NCBI GenBank assembly: GCA_965223505.1 | Contig: CBDCWP010000024.1 | Coordinates: forward strand, 32,001 to 96,000 | Direction of reading: 5' to 3' | Length of the DNA stretch: 64,000 bases | Source: Planctomycetota bacterium | GTDB taxonomy: Bacteria > Planctomycetota > PLA2 > JAEUHO01 | In this document: positions 37,942 to 47,771 of the stretch, one piece after another | How positions within the stretch are numbered: position 1 is the stretch's first letter | Layout: the number at the start of each line of letters is the position of its first letter | The notes under the pieces: generated by a model | The model's database searches: none | Seen by the model: only the letters and a program-made list of their open reading frames with translations | Told to the model about the DNA's origin: nothing | Position numbers and translations under genes: made by a program

Positions 37942-39069
37942 CTACTCGTTTCGAACTCTCGCGGCCAGCTCGTCTTCGAGGGCCTGCACGTACATGACCT
38001 GGTAGCGGTACTCGAGACAACCGAATCGCTCCGGGTCCTCGGCCATGCGCGCGACCGTCGCCCGCGCGCGCTCGAGCCGTGCCTCCAAGCTCGGACCGGG
38101 CAAGAGGTCGACGGCCGCGGCGGTCATTGGAACGACGGTCAACAGCAGTGTCGCGACGACGAGGGCCGTGACGGCTGCGCGCCGCAACGGGTGCTTCCAG
38201 TGCGGCCGCTCGAGGGCCGCGAGGCGCATGAGGATGGTACTGCGGCCGAAGAAGAACCCGGCGGCGCCCAGATGCCGCGGCGGTTCCAGCAACGCGCGCG
38301 CAGCGGATCGAAGCAAGGTTGCGCGGTAGGAGCGCGTGTCACCGCGTAGGTGCGCGGCGACGGTGGCGTCGCAGCAGAGCTCGCGCATGGCGGTCGCGCG
38401 GCGCCGAGCCAGATGGACGAGCGGATGAAACCAATAGACAACGCTCAGGAACGCAAACGCCGCCTGCGACCACAAATCCCTGCGCTTGATGTGCGCGAGC
38501 TCATGCAACAAGACGTGGCGAAGTTGCGATGCCCGCCCCGTCGCCACGTCGGCCGGCAACACGACGGTCGGACGCAGCAGTCCGAACACGGCCGGTCCGA
38601 CGTGGTCGTGGATCCACACCCCGGGTGCACGACGCAGCCCGAGCTGTTCGGCGGTCTTGCGCACGAGCGCTTCGACGCGCTTGCTCGAAGTCGTGCTACT
38701 GCGGCCCAGCGCGCGCCGTCGTGCGTACCGGCCCGCCAGAAGCAGCGCCGCGGCCACGAGCGCGCCGGCGGCCCAAACGGCGAAGAGCCAGGGTGCGCCG
38801 CTCGCGCTCGAGCCCTCAACGGTCGTGGCGGTGCGCGCCATCTCCGGCGCCAGGGTCGGCACGACGGACACCGGCGAGGACAGCGTGGGCGGCAGCACGA
38901 GCTTGAGGCCGACCACGATCCAGAGGGCATGACGAAGCTGCGGCCAGGCCCACCCGCGGATCAAGCGATCGAGCAGGAACGCGACGCCGATCAATAGCGC
39001 GGCCTGCCAGGCCATTGCCGACATCCAGTCGGACCAGAGCTCGGTGACACGGTCCAGTGTGAGCGTCAC
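37942..39069 (-). CDS. BlaR1/MecR1-type M56 metallopeptidase without penicillin-binding domain
   Basis: GPAVFGLLRP, LLHELAHIKRRD, YWFHPLV, RELCCD. Confidence 0.9.
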   Translation of the reverse strand: MTLTLDRVTELWSDWMSAMAWQAALLIGVAFLLDRLIRGWAWPQLRHALWIVVGLKLVLPPTLSSPVSVVPTLAPEMARTATTVEGSSASGAPWLFAVWAAGALVAAALLLAGRYARRRALGRSSTTSSKRVEALVRKTAEQLGLRRAPGVWIHDHVGPAVFGLLRPTVVLPADVATGRASQLRHVLLHELAHIKRRDLWSQAAFAFLSVVYWFHPLVHLARRRATAMRELCCDATVAAHLRGDTRSYRATLLRSAARALLEPPRHLGAAGFFFGRSTILMRLAALERPHWKHPLRRAAVTALVVATLLLTVVPMTAAAVDLLPGPSLEARLERARATVARMAEDPERFGCLEYRYQVMYVQALEDELAARVRNE

Positions 39070-39452
39070 CTGGCGCCGCCCTTCCGCTCCTGCTCCTTCA
39101 GCAGTCGAAGAAGCTCCTTGCGATCCGACGCGGAGAGGCGTTCGTTGCCGACCAGGAAGTGCATCAGCGACCCGGAGGTCCCGGCGAACGCGCGTTCCTT
39201 GAGCGCGCGCAGCGCCGACCTTCGAGCCTGCTTCTGGGTGACGAGCGGCTGGTACACGCTCGTGATCCCCTCGATCCTCGCCTTCAGCGCGCCCTTCTCG
39301 ACGAGCCGATCCATCATCGTCTTGACAGTGCTATAGGCCCAGCCCGTCTCGGCCTCGAGCCTGCCGAGGATGTCGCGCGCGGTCGCGGGATGCTCGCGCC
39401 AGAGCGCGTTCATGACCTTCCATTCGGCGTCGCTGAGCTGGGGTGTGGCCAC
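39066..39452 (-). CDS. BlaI/MecI/CopY-family repressor
   Basis: LSDAEWKVMNALW, WAYSTVKTMMDRLVEKG. Confidence 0.93.
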   Translation of the reverse strand: MATPQLSDAEWKVMNALWREHPATARDILGRLEAETGWAYSTVKTMMDRLVEKGALKARIEGITSVYQPLVTQKQARRSALRALKERAFAGTSGSLMHFLVGNERLSASDRKELLRLLKEQERKGGAR

Positions 39453-39473
39453 CGGATCCTCCGTCGGCGCGAC

Positions 39474-39501
39474 AACCTACTACATATGTAAAAGGTGTCA
39501 A
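39474..39501 (-). promoter_or_regulatory. Sigma70-type promoter with a BlaI/CopY operator in the spacer
   Basis: Minus strand TTGACA-N16-TAGGTT; palindrome TACATATGTA at 39481-39490 matches TACAnnTGTA. Confidence 0.8.
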
Positions 39502-39667
39502 GCCCACAAGCCGAGACGAAAGACGACCTCCGACGGGGACGCCCGGAGGGGCCGCCCGTCCGACGCGGTGGTGGCTAGATCTCCACGCGCCAACGACTTA
39601 GGTCCGCTCGCGACGGTCGTGCGCACGCCGGTACGGACTTTGCGCAGCGCTCCTCGAGGACACTGCC

Positions 39668-40180
39668 ATGCGAATTTCGATGATCGGCGTGCTTGCCGTC
39701 GCTGTATCCGTTCTGCCCTTCGATGCTGCCGTCGCAGGTCGAGAGCGCGTCGTCGTCCCCAACGTGCTGGATCTCGATGTGCGGCGGGCAACCGCCAAGC
39801 TCGCACGCCTGGGTCTTGAGGTGCGTCTGGTTGGTCGGTCGAGCGGAACGGGCCGGCGCATCGTGACCGGTCAGAATCCGGCAGGTGGTCGCAGCATCGT
39901 TCAAAGCGCACAGGTCCGTCTGACCTACAAGTGGGTCGCCGAAGGCGCGGCGCCGCCTCATCGCCGCAAGTCTCCGAAGCACGTCCTGGTGCCGGACGTG
40001 ATCGGACTGCGACCCGCGTCCGCCCAGCGACGCTTGCAGAAAGCCGGGCTCGCCTCGCGCATTGTCAGCACGGGGTCGGGCCGCGGCATTCCCTACGTCA
40101 CGACCCAGAATCCACCAGCAGGTGAGACGGTGCGACGCGGCGTGCAGGTTCGCCTGACGACGAAGAAACGACCGCGCTGA
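39668..40180 (+). CDS. Secreted protein with two PASTA domains
   Basis: VVPNVLDLD...QNPAGG and LVPDVIGL...QNPPAG; signal peptide. Confidence 0.85.
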   Translation: MRISMIGVLAVAVSVLPFDAAVAGRERVVVPNVLDLDVRRATAKLARLGLEVRLVGRSSGTGRRIVTGQNPAGGRSIVQSAQVRLTYKWVAEGAAPPHRRKSPKHVLVPDVIGLRPASAQRRLQKAGLASRIVSTGSGRGIPYVTTQNPPAGETVRRGVQVRLTTKKRPR

Positions 40181-40211
40181 GCCGGGATGGAGGAGTTGCT
40201 CGCGCGATGAC

Positions 40212-40577
40212 CTACCGGACATCGCCGGTGCGGCTCTCACGGTCGGCAGCCCGCAGTCGCTGCCCGGCGAGCCAGTCTTCCTGCGAGGCGAAGCGATCCT
40301 CTTCCATCAAGGCGTTGCGCCGCTCGTCGATCAACGCGGCGCGGTTTTCCTCGTCGCGCAAGAGCTCCCATTCCTTCGCGGTCCGCCCGTTCGCGTTGTT
40401 GTTGCGGCCGATCCGCCCGCGCGTCACGCCCGGTCCGGTGCGTCCGACGCGACCGCCGGGGCCCGCACCGCCCCGGCCGGGTCCCGGCCCGCCGCGGCCG
40501 CCGCGCGCATACACATCCGAGGCGATGAACGCCGACAACAGAACGACGGCGATCGAGGCAGCGATGGACTTCTTCAT
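40212..40577 (-). CDS. Small secreted Gly/Arg/Pro-rich protein
   Basis: Signal peptide MKKSIAAS..VYA followed by an RGG/GPG-rich stretch. Confidence 0.6.
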   Translation of the reverse strand: MKKSIAASIAVVLLSAFIASDVYARGGRGGPGPGRGGAGPGGRVGRTGPGVTRGRIGRNNNANGRTAKEWELLRDEENRAALIDERRNALMEEDRFASQEDWLAGQRLRAADRESRTGDVR

Positions 40578-40687
40578 GACGAGCTCCAAGTTGCGAATAG
40601 GACGCTCATCACGCTATGGCGGTTCACCCGTCCGTGGGTGAATTCGGCGCTCATTCCCCTCTCATGCTGCGCTCATCTTCGGAGCGG

Positions 40688-40927
40688 TTACGGCCGCCGT
40701 ACGACCTGGATGCCGAGCTGCCGCTCGTGATCGTTGCAAACGAATCGCTCGCCCCCGTCGGCTTTCTCGCCGGGTCGCGGCGGACGATGGCTCAAGACCC
40801 AATAGGCGCCCGTGCGCGACGGCCGCGCGTAACAGTCCGTCGGCGCCGTGCCGCGCTCCAGGGGGCGCCCGCAAGAGGGACAGGTTCCCGCTCGAAACAC
40901 ACCCAGCGCCGTCCGTCGCTTCGGCAT
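40688..40927 (-). CDS. Small putative zinc-binding protein
   Basis: CPSC...CNDH; starts 1 nt after the cytochrome stop codon. Confidence 0.5.
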   Translation of the reverse strand: MPKRRTALGVFRAGTCPSCGRPLERGTAPTDCYARPSRTGAYWVLSHRPPRPGEKADGGERFVCNDHERQLGIQVVRRP

Positions 40928-40928
40928 G

Positions 40929-42869
40929 TCACTCGGCCAGGAACAACGGACGGTTGTCGCGTCGGTCCGTCAGGTCCTTGTGCGCCGCGAAGTCCAGCAG
41001 GCCGTCCTTCGTCAGCAACAAGTCCGGTCGCTTCGTGTTCATGCCGCCCGCGAGCTCGTGCCAGCGGCGGTACACGTCCTGTCCGACGCGCGTCCGCTCG
41101 AACTCGGGCGCGATGTAGTCGTACCGCAGATCCTCGAAGGGTTTCAGGCTTCGGAGAGAACGTCCGGCCACGTAACGGACGGCCGCGTACGGGTCGGCGG
41201 CGATCGTCGTGGAAAGCAGCGGCGCCATCCAGTCGTCGCCCGAGATCGCTTGCGCCTCGGGCCATCCCATGTGCCAGGCCGACAACACGCGCTGCCCCGC
41301 GTCGCCCCGGACCAGCCAGAGCACGGACGCGGCATAGGTGCGCCAGTAGCTGTCGGGTTTCCCCAGGTCGGGCTTCTCGTGGCCGTACCAGTTCGCGAGG
41401 TGGTCGCCCGTCCACTCGAGCGTCTTGTCCAGATGGCACAGGTTGCACGCGTTGGGCCGGCCGACCTCCCCCAGGCTCTCTCGAACGTCCGGGCTGGAAA
41501 TCTGATGGCTTCGAATCGCCTTGAGCAAGCCGTACGTCGTGTGCGGCATGTGGCAGTTGTAGCAACGGCTGCCTGACGACTCGGCGCCGTGATGCGTATG
41601 GGCCGAGACGTCCGCGCCGATCGCGGCGTGGCATTGCAGACAGGCTTCGTCGCCCTTCTTGTCTTCGGCCAGCTGCTGATGGGGTTCGCTCTCGTGCATC
41701 GAGTGACACGAGAAGCACGTCATCTCGCCCTTGCGATAGCAGGCCGACTCGATGAGTCCGTTGTACTCCCGTCCCGACACACGGATCATGCCGTCACGCC
41801 AGAAGAAGCTGTCTTCATGGGACCTGGCAACGAGGAAGTCGTCCTTCGGCACCCGCGGTCCCTTGTCGCCGGTGTTCTTGTGATGCCGCGTGATCCCGCG
41901 CGTGGCGAAGAGGTCGTCCCCTGGCTTGTAGGGATAGCCGATCGCGAACCAGGTTTCGTCGGACGCGGCGCTCGGCGGGCCCGTGATCGCGTGGCACTGA
42001 CCGCAGATCTGTGAACCCCTCACGGTCGAGAGCGCCAGGGGATGCACGATCGCGTGCGCCGCCGCACCCTCGTTCTCCGACCGCTCGTGGAAGGCGACGT
42101 GCTCGGCGCCCGGCCCGTGGCACATCTCGCACGAGATGCCCAGCTCCGCCACCCGTGTGTCGAAGCGGCCGGTCGAACGCCTGCGCGGTTGCCCGGCCGT
42201 CGAGTGGCAGCGGATGCAGTTGTCGTTCCACAACGGGATCATCCGCGCCGCGTCGGGTGGGAACAGGAACACGTCTTCGCGCGGCACCCAGCGCTCGTCC
42301 TCGAACAGGTACATGAAGGGGAGGAGCTCCTGTTGACGCTCGGGCCCTTCGGACTCGACCCAACAGGTCTGCATGTAGTGCGACCCGGTCGTCATGACGA
42401 CGCGGCGGGTGACGTTGGGCTGGTTGGGCAGCCGGTCGAGATCGACGCGCTCGCCGTGAATCGCGCGTTGTTGCCGGTCCCATGTGGGATCGACCATGTC
42501 CACGAAGAACGAGGATCCGGCGGGGGTGGGAACGCGCGTGAGCTTGTACGTCCGCCGCCGGCTCTTCAGCGTCACGTTGTCGAAGGGCCCGCGCACCGAC
42601 GCGTCCGTCGCCAGCTGCGTCATCGTGCGGTGGTAGGAGCGATGCCAGCTCGCGTGCTGGTCTTCGTGGCAACGCTCGCACGCCGCCGCGCCGACGTAGC
42701 CGTCATCGGGCCGGCCCAGATGCGGCGCGCTGGCCAGGACCTCGTCCGGAACCACGGCCGCCTGCGGCGGGGGCGCGGGGTCGTCTTGCGCGCACGCAAG
42801 CAGCACGGCGGTCGCGGCCGCGACCATCGCGAGGCCGAACCAGTAGCCTGGTGCGAACCGTTTGGCCAT
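40929..42869 (-). CDS. Multiheme cytochrome c (8 CxxCH; c554-like / paired-CXXCH type), probable lipoprotein
   Basis: CERCH, CIRCH, CEMCH, CGQCH, CFSCH, CLQCH, CYNCH, CNLCH; AGGAGG SD; LLAC lipobox. Confidence 0.88.
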   Translation of the reverse strand: MAKRFAPGYWFGLAMVAAATAVLLACAQDDPAPPPQAAVVPDEVLASAPHLGRPDDGYVGAAACERCHEDQHASWHRSYHRTMTQLATDASVRGPFDNVTLKSRRRTYKLTRVPTPAGSSFFVDMVDPTWDRQQRAIHGERVDLDRLPNQPNVTRRVVMTTGSHYMQTCWVESEGPERQQELLPFMYLFEDERWVPREDVFLFPPDAARMIPLWNDNCIRCHSTAGQPRRRSTGRFDTRVAELGISCEMCHGPGAEHVAFHERSENEGAAAHAIVHPLALSTVRGSQICGQCHAITGPPSAASDETWFAIGYPYKPGDDLFATRGITRHHKNTGDKGPRVPKDDFLVARSHEDSFFWRDGMIRVSGREYNGLIESACYRKGEMTCFSCHSMHESEPHQQLAEDKKGDEACLQCHAAIGADVSAHTHHGAESSGSRCYNCHMPHTTYGLLKAIRSHQISSPDVRESLGEVGRPNACNLCHLDKTLEWTGDHLANWYGHEKPDLGKPDSYWRTYAASVLWLVRGDAGQRVLSAWHMGWPEAQAISGDDWMAPLLSTTIAADPYAAVRYVAGRSLRSLKPFEDLRYDYIAPEFERTRVGQDVYRRWHELAGGMNTKRPDLLLTKDGLLDFAAHKDLTDRRDNRPLFLAE

Positions 42870-42982
42870 CGTGCGGGGAGACCTCCTTCGTCGTGGGCAA
42901 GATACCGGCCCCCCGACGCCGCGGCCCCGCCCCTTCTTCAACGAACGTAGAATCGCGCCCTTCCCCTGCGGCGCGAATTCCC

Positions 42983-43990
42983 ATGAGCGGACGTTGGTCA
43001 CGACGAATCGGCACGGTTGCAGCGGCCCTGCTCTGCGTCGGCGCATCCGGCGCGGGCGCCGAGCCCGAGGTGAACCCCGTCGTCCGCGCCGCGCGCGCCC
43101 TCGTGGCGTCTCTCCAGCCCGCCCAGCGGGCACGCATGGTCCGGCCCTTCGCCGACCGCGAGCGCGAAGACTGGCACTTCGTTCCGCGGCGCCGCAACGG
43201 GCTCGCGCTCAAGGACATGACCGAGGGGCAACGGGCCAAGGCGCGTGCGCTGCTACGAAGCGCGCTCAGCAAGCAGGGAAACGAGAAGGTCGAGAACGTC
43301 TTCAAGATCGAGACCATCCTGCGCGCGAACCTCTCGGCGGCGCGGCGTCGAACGACCGATTGGCGCCATCCGCTTCTCTATCACATCGCGGTCTACGGGA
43401 CGCCGGCCACGACCGGCGTGTGGGCGTGGCGCATCGAGGGACATCACCTCTCGATCCACATGACGTACGAGAACGGCAAGGCGATCGCGACGACGCCGCT
43501 GTTCATCGGCACCACGATCGACCACGTCACACAGGGCGAGCACAAGGGGCTGCGCATGCTGGCGCATGAGGACGAGCGCGCGCGCAGCCTGCTGGCGAGC
43601 CTGAACGAGAGCCAGCGCGCCGCGGCGATCTCGTCGCGTCCCGCGGGCTTCGCACTCGGCCCAAAGGGCTCGCCCCGCAGCTTCGTTCGCGGGGGGCTCG
43701 CGCTTGCGGCGATGAGCCCCGAACAGCAGTCCCTGTTCTGGACGTTGGTCGGGACGTACTTCGGAACGTTGGCGGAGCCGACGGCTCGATCGACGCTCGC
43801 AGGCGCGCGCAAGACGCCGTCAGCGGACGTTCGATTCGCGTGGTTCGGACGCAACGGCCCCGGAGAACGCTGGGGCTACCGCATCGCGAGCCCGTCCTTC
43901 GCCATCGACTACTTCAACGACGGCGGCCACATTCACGCGGTCTGGCGCGACGCGGCGAACGACTTCGGGCGGTCGAAGCTCACCAAGTGA
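42983..43990 (+). CDS. DUF3500 family protein
   Basis: WHFVP..RNGL, WAWRIEGHHLS, TPLFIG, HIHAVWRD..NDFG. Confidence 0.85.
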   Translation: MSGRWSRRIGTVAAALLCVGASGAGAEPEVNPVVRAARALVASLQPAQRARMVRPFADREREDWHFVPRRRNGLALKDMTEGQRAKARALLRSALSKQGNEKVENVFKIETILRANLSAARRRTTDWRHPLLYHIAVYGTPATTGVWAWRIEGHHLSIHMTYENGKAIATTPLFIGTTIDHVTQGEHKGLRMLAHEDERARSLLASLNESQRAAAISSRPAGFALGPKGSPRSFVRGGLALAAMSPEQQSLFWTLVGTYFGTLAEPTARSTLAGARKTPSADVRFAWFGRNGPGERWGYRIASPSFAIDYFNDGGHIHAVWRDAANDFGRSKLTK

Positions 43991-44531
43991 CGGAGATCCC
44001 CTGTCCGCGTGCTGCCTTCGCGATGCGCGTCATCTGCCGCGCGTGATGGCGCAGATGCATCTCGACGCTCTGGTACCACTGGCGCGCCGTGAGCCACGCG
44101 CCGGTCCAGTGGCGCCGTCGAGCGTCCTTCGGCGCCGACCGGATCGTCTCGACCGACCCTCGCATGCGCAGCTGCAGCCGGTCGAAGGCCTGCGCGACCT
44201 CGGTGGCCCCCAGCCGCCGCGGCTCGAACAGCGAGCGCACCTCCTGCGGCGGGTCCGTGACCTTGATGCGGATCGGCGGAAACGTGCCGACGGCGAAGAG
44301 CAGCGACGGCAGGAACGCTCGATGGCCGGTCTCGCCCTTGCCGAGCGCGCAGGCGAGCGCGTTGTCGAGCAGGCGCGCGGAGACCGACGCGACGTGGTCC
44401 ACGACCTCACCGCCCGACCAGCCCCCGCGCGGCGGCACGAAACCGAGGTCGTCGTCGCTCCACGACCCGACACCGCGGCGCCACCGCTCGTACGTGCGCT
44501 CGAACTTGGCGAGCGCCGCGTCCGGGTGCAT
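43980..44531 (-). CDS. DinB-family protein
   Basis: GGWSGGEVVDH...EMHLRHHARQ. Confidence 0.85.
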   Translation of the reverse strand: MHPDAALAKFERTYERWRRGVGSWSDDDLGFVPPRGGWSGGEVVDHVASVSARLLDNALACALGKGETGHRAFLPSLLFAVGTFPPIRIKVTDPPQEVRSLFEPRRLGATEVAQAFDRLQLRMRGSVETIRSAPKDARRRHWTGAWLTARQWYQSVEMHLRHHARQMTRIAKAARGQGISVTW

Positions 44532-45250
44532 CAGCCCGACATCCGCGCAGCGTGACGAGCGCGGGCCGCTTCGAGCAGCCCCGTCACGACCGGGTGCGGC
44601 TCGTCGATCGTCGAGCTGGCTTGAGGCACGAACAACGTGGCGAGATGAAACCGATGATCCGGAAGCTCGATGATGCGCGGCTCGCTGTCGTCTCCGCGCC
44701 CGCTGATGCGCATCCCGGCGCTTGCGAGCACCTGCTCGTACGCGGGATTCAGTCCGAAGCTGCAGAAGTGCTTCTCGTCGACGTTCGCCGCGCCGTACAC
44801 GTCCCACGCCAACGACGGTTGGTCGACGCGAATCGGCAGCGTTTGGCCGAACAGCGAACAGGACAACGCACTCACGACCATGACGCCCGACGCGGCGTCG
44901 TACTCTTCGTGGTCGGCATCGGCTACGCCCGCGACGTTGCGCGCGAACTCGATGACGGCGTGTTGAAAGCCGCCGCAGGTTCCCAAGAAGGGAACGTCGT
45001 GCTCGCGCGCGACGCGAATCGCACGCAGTGCGCTTTCGCGATCCCGGTACGGGCTCCCCGGCGCGCAGAGGAAGGCGTCGAACGACGCCAATACGTCGTC
45101 GGTCGGCATGTCGTCCGTCGGCAGCCACCGGGTTGCGAACGGAAGCCCCAGTACCTTCGCGGAGTGTTGCAGCGCCGCGTCGGTCGCGACGTGTGTCTCC
45201 TTCCCGGGTTGACGGTCTCCCACGACGGCGACTTGCAAGGCGCGTTCCAT
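44531..45250 (-). CDS. Stand-alone CTP-synthase-like glutamine amidotransferase domain
   Basis: APGSPY, PFLGTCGGFQHAVIEFARN, ELPDHRF..ATLFVPQ. Confidence 0.85.
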   Translation of the reverse strand: MERALQVAVVGDRQPGKETHVATDAALQHSAKVLGLPFATRWLPTDDMPTDDVLASFDAFLCAPGSPYRDRESALRAIRVAREHDVPFLGTCGGFQHAVIEFARNVAGVADADHEEYDAASGVMVVSALSCSLFGQTLPIRVDQPSLAWDVYGAANVDEKHFCSFGLNPAYEQVLASAGMRISGRGDDSEPRIIELPDHRFHLATLFVPQASSTIDEPHPVVTGLLEAARARHAARMSG

Positions 45251-45619
45251 GCGTCCGTAGGGCTCCATGTGGGCTTCGAAGGGCCTACTGTCGGCGAAGA
45301 GCACCGGAAAGTCCCTCGCATTTCGTGGGTAGTTGGGTCACTTCGACGAAGCGGTGGATCGGCGGCACCGGAAGCCTTCTCAGGGAACGGTCGGTCGTGG
45401 TCGGCATGCCGGGGTGAAGGCGCCGCAAGGCCGACGAGGACGCCGCGTGGCTGCCCACACAAGGACGAGAGCGGAGCGGATGGCGACGCGCCGTCGAGCA
45501 TCCGGCAAGCCGCATGCCCGTGCGGGTCTGCAAACTGACCCACCGACATTTCGTGGGCGTCGTTGCCGCCGGGGGGCGCGAGTCCTATGATGGCCCTAGA
45601 TCTAGAACGAGGTGTCGCT

Positions 45620-46111
45620 ATGGGTGACTACACACCCAGGTTGGCGAAACTGGCGCAGCGTGAGCTACAGCCCGGCGAGAAGCTTCTAGCCGGCGCAAAG
45701 GCGATGTCGAGAGGTGGGACTCGGTCGCCGGATGAGCTCTCCTTCACAGATTCCCAAATCCTGTCCGGTTCGGTGAGTCAACGGCTCGCCGACGAAGCTG
45801 CGTTCGGAGAATCAGGCACCTTCGAAGCCCCGCGTCGCGAGGCTCCCAACCCCGTCGCCGTCGGTCTGACCGACCGGCGTCTGATGGTCTGGAAGCGCGG
45901 TGGTTTCACAGGACGCCCGAAGGAGGTCATCGGCCGAATTCCGCTGGATCGCATCACGGCCATCGAAGAACAGGGCTCGCCGCCCGAACTCGCATCGCGC
46001 TCCTTGCGCGTGCGTCTGTCAGAGGGCGGCGTCATCGACTTCGACGTGCCGCCCGGATGCGGTCGTCACGACGTCGTGCAGGCGTTCCAACGCCTACGCA
46101 ACCGTCCCTAG
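45620..46111 (+). CDS. Hypothetical protein (possible PH-like fold)
   Basis: GAGG SD; LQPGEKLL...VGLTDRRLMVW pattern. Confidence 0.6.
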   Translation: MGDYTPRLAKLAQRELQPGEKLLAGAKAMSRGGTRSPDELSFTDSQILSGSVSQRLADEAAFGESGTFEAPRREAPNPVAVGLTDRRLMVWKRGGFTGRPKEVIGRIPLDRITAIEEQGSPPELASRSLRVRLSEGGVIDFDVPPGCGRHDVVQAFQRLRNRP

Positions 46112-46144
46112 CCGGATTGCCAAGTCGTAACCGAAGCCCGGAAC

Positions 46145-47134
46145 CTACCGCTCGAAAACGTAGGCGGCAGGCAGTAGGCGGCCTTCTTGCGCATCGTGCA
46201 CGGCGTACTGTCCGCCGCTCCAGATCGTCGCCGCGCCGTGGTCTCCATCCTTGCGAAGGCAGTAGAACTTCACGTTGAAATTCGGGCGTCCCTTGTCGTC
46301 GAGCAGACGCTTGATCTTCGTGCGCGCCACGATGCGCTTGCACGCTTCGAGGGCGGCTTCCGTCGCGGTCGCACCACGCCGCATCGCCTCGACGGCGAGG
46401 AACGACCCGCAGACGAGGATGCAAGCCTCGCCGCGCCCCGTCGCGCCCGCGGCGCCGGCGGTGTCGTCGACGTAGAGGCCCGCGCCGAGAATCGGGCTGT
46501 CGCCGACCCGTCCTGGGATCTTGTACGCCAGCCCGCTCGTCGTGGTGCAGCCACCCATGCGGCCGTCTGTGTTGCGCACGAGACAGGGAATCGTCCCACC
46601 GTCGTTGGGCGGCACCCAGTCGTCCTTGTCGCTCAGGTTCTCCTTCCAGTGCAGCCACTTCTTGCGCGCTTCGTCCGTCAACAGCTCCTCGTGAGGGAAC
46701 CCGTGTGCGCGCGCGAAGCGATACGCGCCGTGCCCTACGACGAGCGCGTGGTCGGTGCGCTCGAGCACCTTCAATGCCACTCGGGACGGGTTCTTGATGT
46801 TGCGAATGCCCGCGACGGCCCCCCCCAACCCGCGCGTGCCGTCCATGCAACAGGCGTCGAGCTCGACGACGCCCTCCTCGTTGGGATGGCCGCCGTATCC
46901 GACCGACATGTCGTCCGGGTCGTCCTCGTTGATGCTCACGCCTTCGACCGCCGCGGCGACGGGGGTCATGCGTTCGACGCTCAGGCAGGCCTTCTCGACG
47001 GCGCGAAGTCCATTCGCGCTGGCGACCGCGATGGGTACGGTCGGCGGATCCGCCATTGCGGTGCGTCCGAGTGCGGCGACGGCGGCGGTCGCCGCGCCGG
47101 CGGCCAAAAGCTCACGACGATTCAAGGTGCTCAT
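46145..47134 (-). CDS. N(4)-(beta-N-acetylglucosaminyl)-L-asparaginase family Ntn hydrolase, Tat-exported
   Basis: NRRELL Tat motif; SVGYGG.PN..G.VELDA, GTI nucleophile, TTTSGL..KIPGRVGDSP..GAG, ATGRGE. Confidence 0.9.
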   Translation of the reverse strand: MSTLNRRELLAAGAATAAVAALGRTAMADPPTVPIAVASANGLRAVEKACLSVERMTPVAAAVEGVSINEDDPDDMSVGYGGHPNEEGVVELDACCMDGTRGLGGAVAGIRNIKNPSRVALKVLERTDHALVVGHGAYRFARAHGFPHEELLTDEARKKWLHWKENLSDKDDWVPPNDGGTIPCLVRNTDGRMGGCTTTSGLAYKIPGRVGDSPILGAGLYVDDTAGAAGATGRGEACILVCGSFLAVEAMRRGATATEAALEACKRIVARTKIKRLLDDKGRPNFNVKFYCLRKDGDHGAATIWSGGQYAVHDAQEGRLLPAAYVFER

Positions 47135-47207
47135 CGACGGAGCGTAGCAGAATGGCGGTCGGCTACGCGGCGGGAAGAGCGCCCGGCAACAGTCGGGGAG
47201 AGTCATC

Positions 47208-47669
47208 ATGATCAGATCGATGCTGCTCGCGTCCGCCGCGCTGCTCCTTGCCGCGTGCGGCGGCGGCGACGAGCCGGCACCGGACAAGCCCGGCCAGCCG
47301 TACGTAGACGCCGTCCTCCGGGCGCTGCACGAGTACGCGCAACGACTTTCGCGGGAGGTGCGCCCGATCCTCATGCGCGAAGAGACGGATGAGAACAGCC
47401 GCGCTGCCGTACAGGCGTGGGCCAAGTCGGTCGACGCCTTTCTTGCCGACCTGGAGAGCGCCGACCCCGCCGGCGCGCCGGCGGCGTTGGTGAGGCGCGT
47501 GGACGATATGCGGAAAGACGTGCGGGCGCTGCGGCCGCTCATCCACTTCGATGGGTTCGACCGCAAGCTTGCATCGCAAATGAGCCAAAAGCTCGGTACG
47601 CGCAAACGGCTGTTCCTCAATGAAGCGCGCGCCCTGGGGATGAGACTCCAGGTGGTGGTCGATCAGTAG
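47208..47669 (+). CDS. Hypothetical lipoprotein
   Basis: LLAAC lipobox. Confidence 0.7.
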   Translation: MIRSMLLASAALLLAACGGGDEPAPDKPGQPYVDAVLRALHEYAQRLSREVRPILMREETDENSRAAVQAWAKSVDAFLADLESADPAGAPAALVRRVDDMRKDVRALRPLIHFDGFDRKLASQMSQKLGTRKRLFLNEARALGMRLQVVVDQ

Positions 47670-47771
47670 CGTTCGGGACGGGCGGCCTGCAAAAACCAGG
47701 CAAGCGCTCCACCACCCCTGCGCGAGTCGTATACCTGAGGTATTGGTGGGCCGACCCGATTGGAGTGCAGG

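Noticed and set aside
45251..45619. 370-bp intergenic region, possible riboswitch or small ORF
   Set aside because: No riboswitch consensus recognised; ORFs lack protein-like composition.
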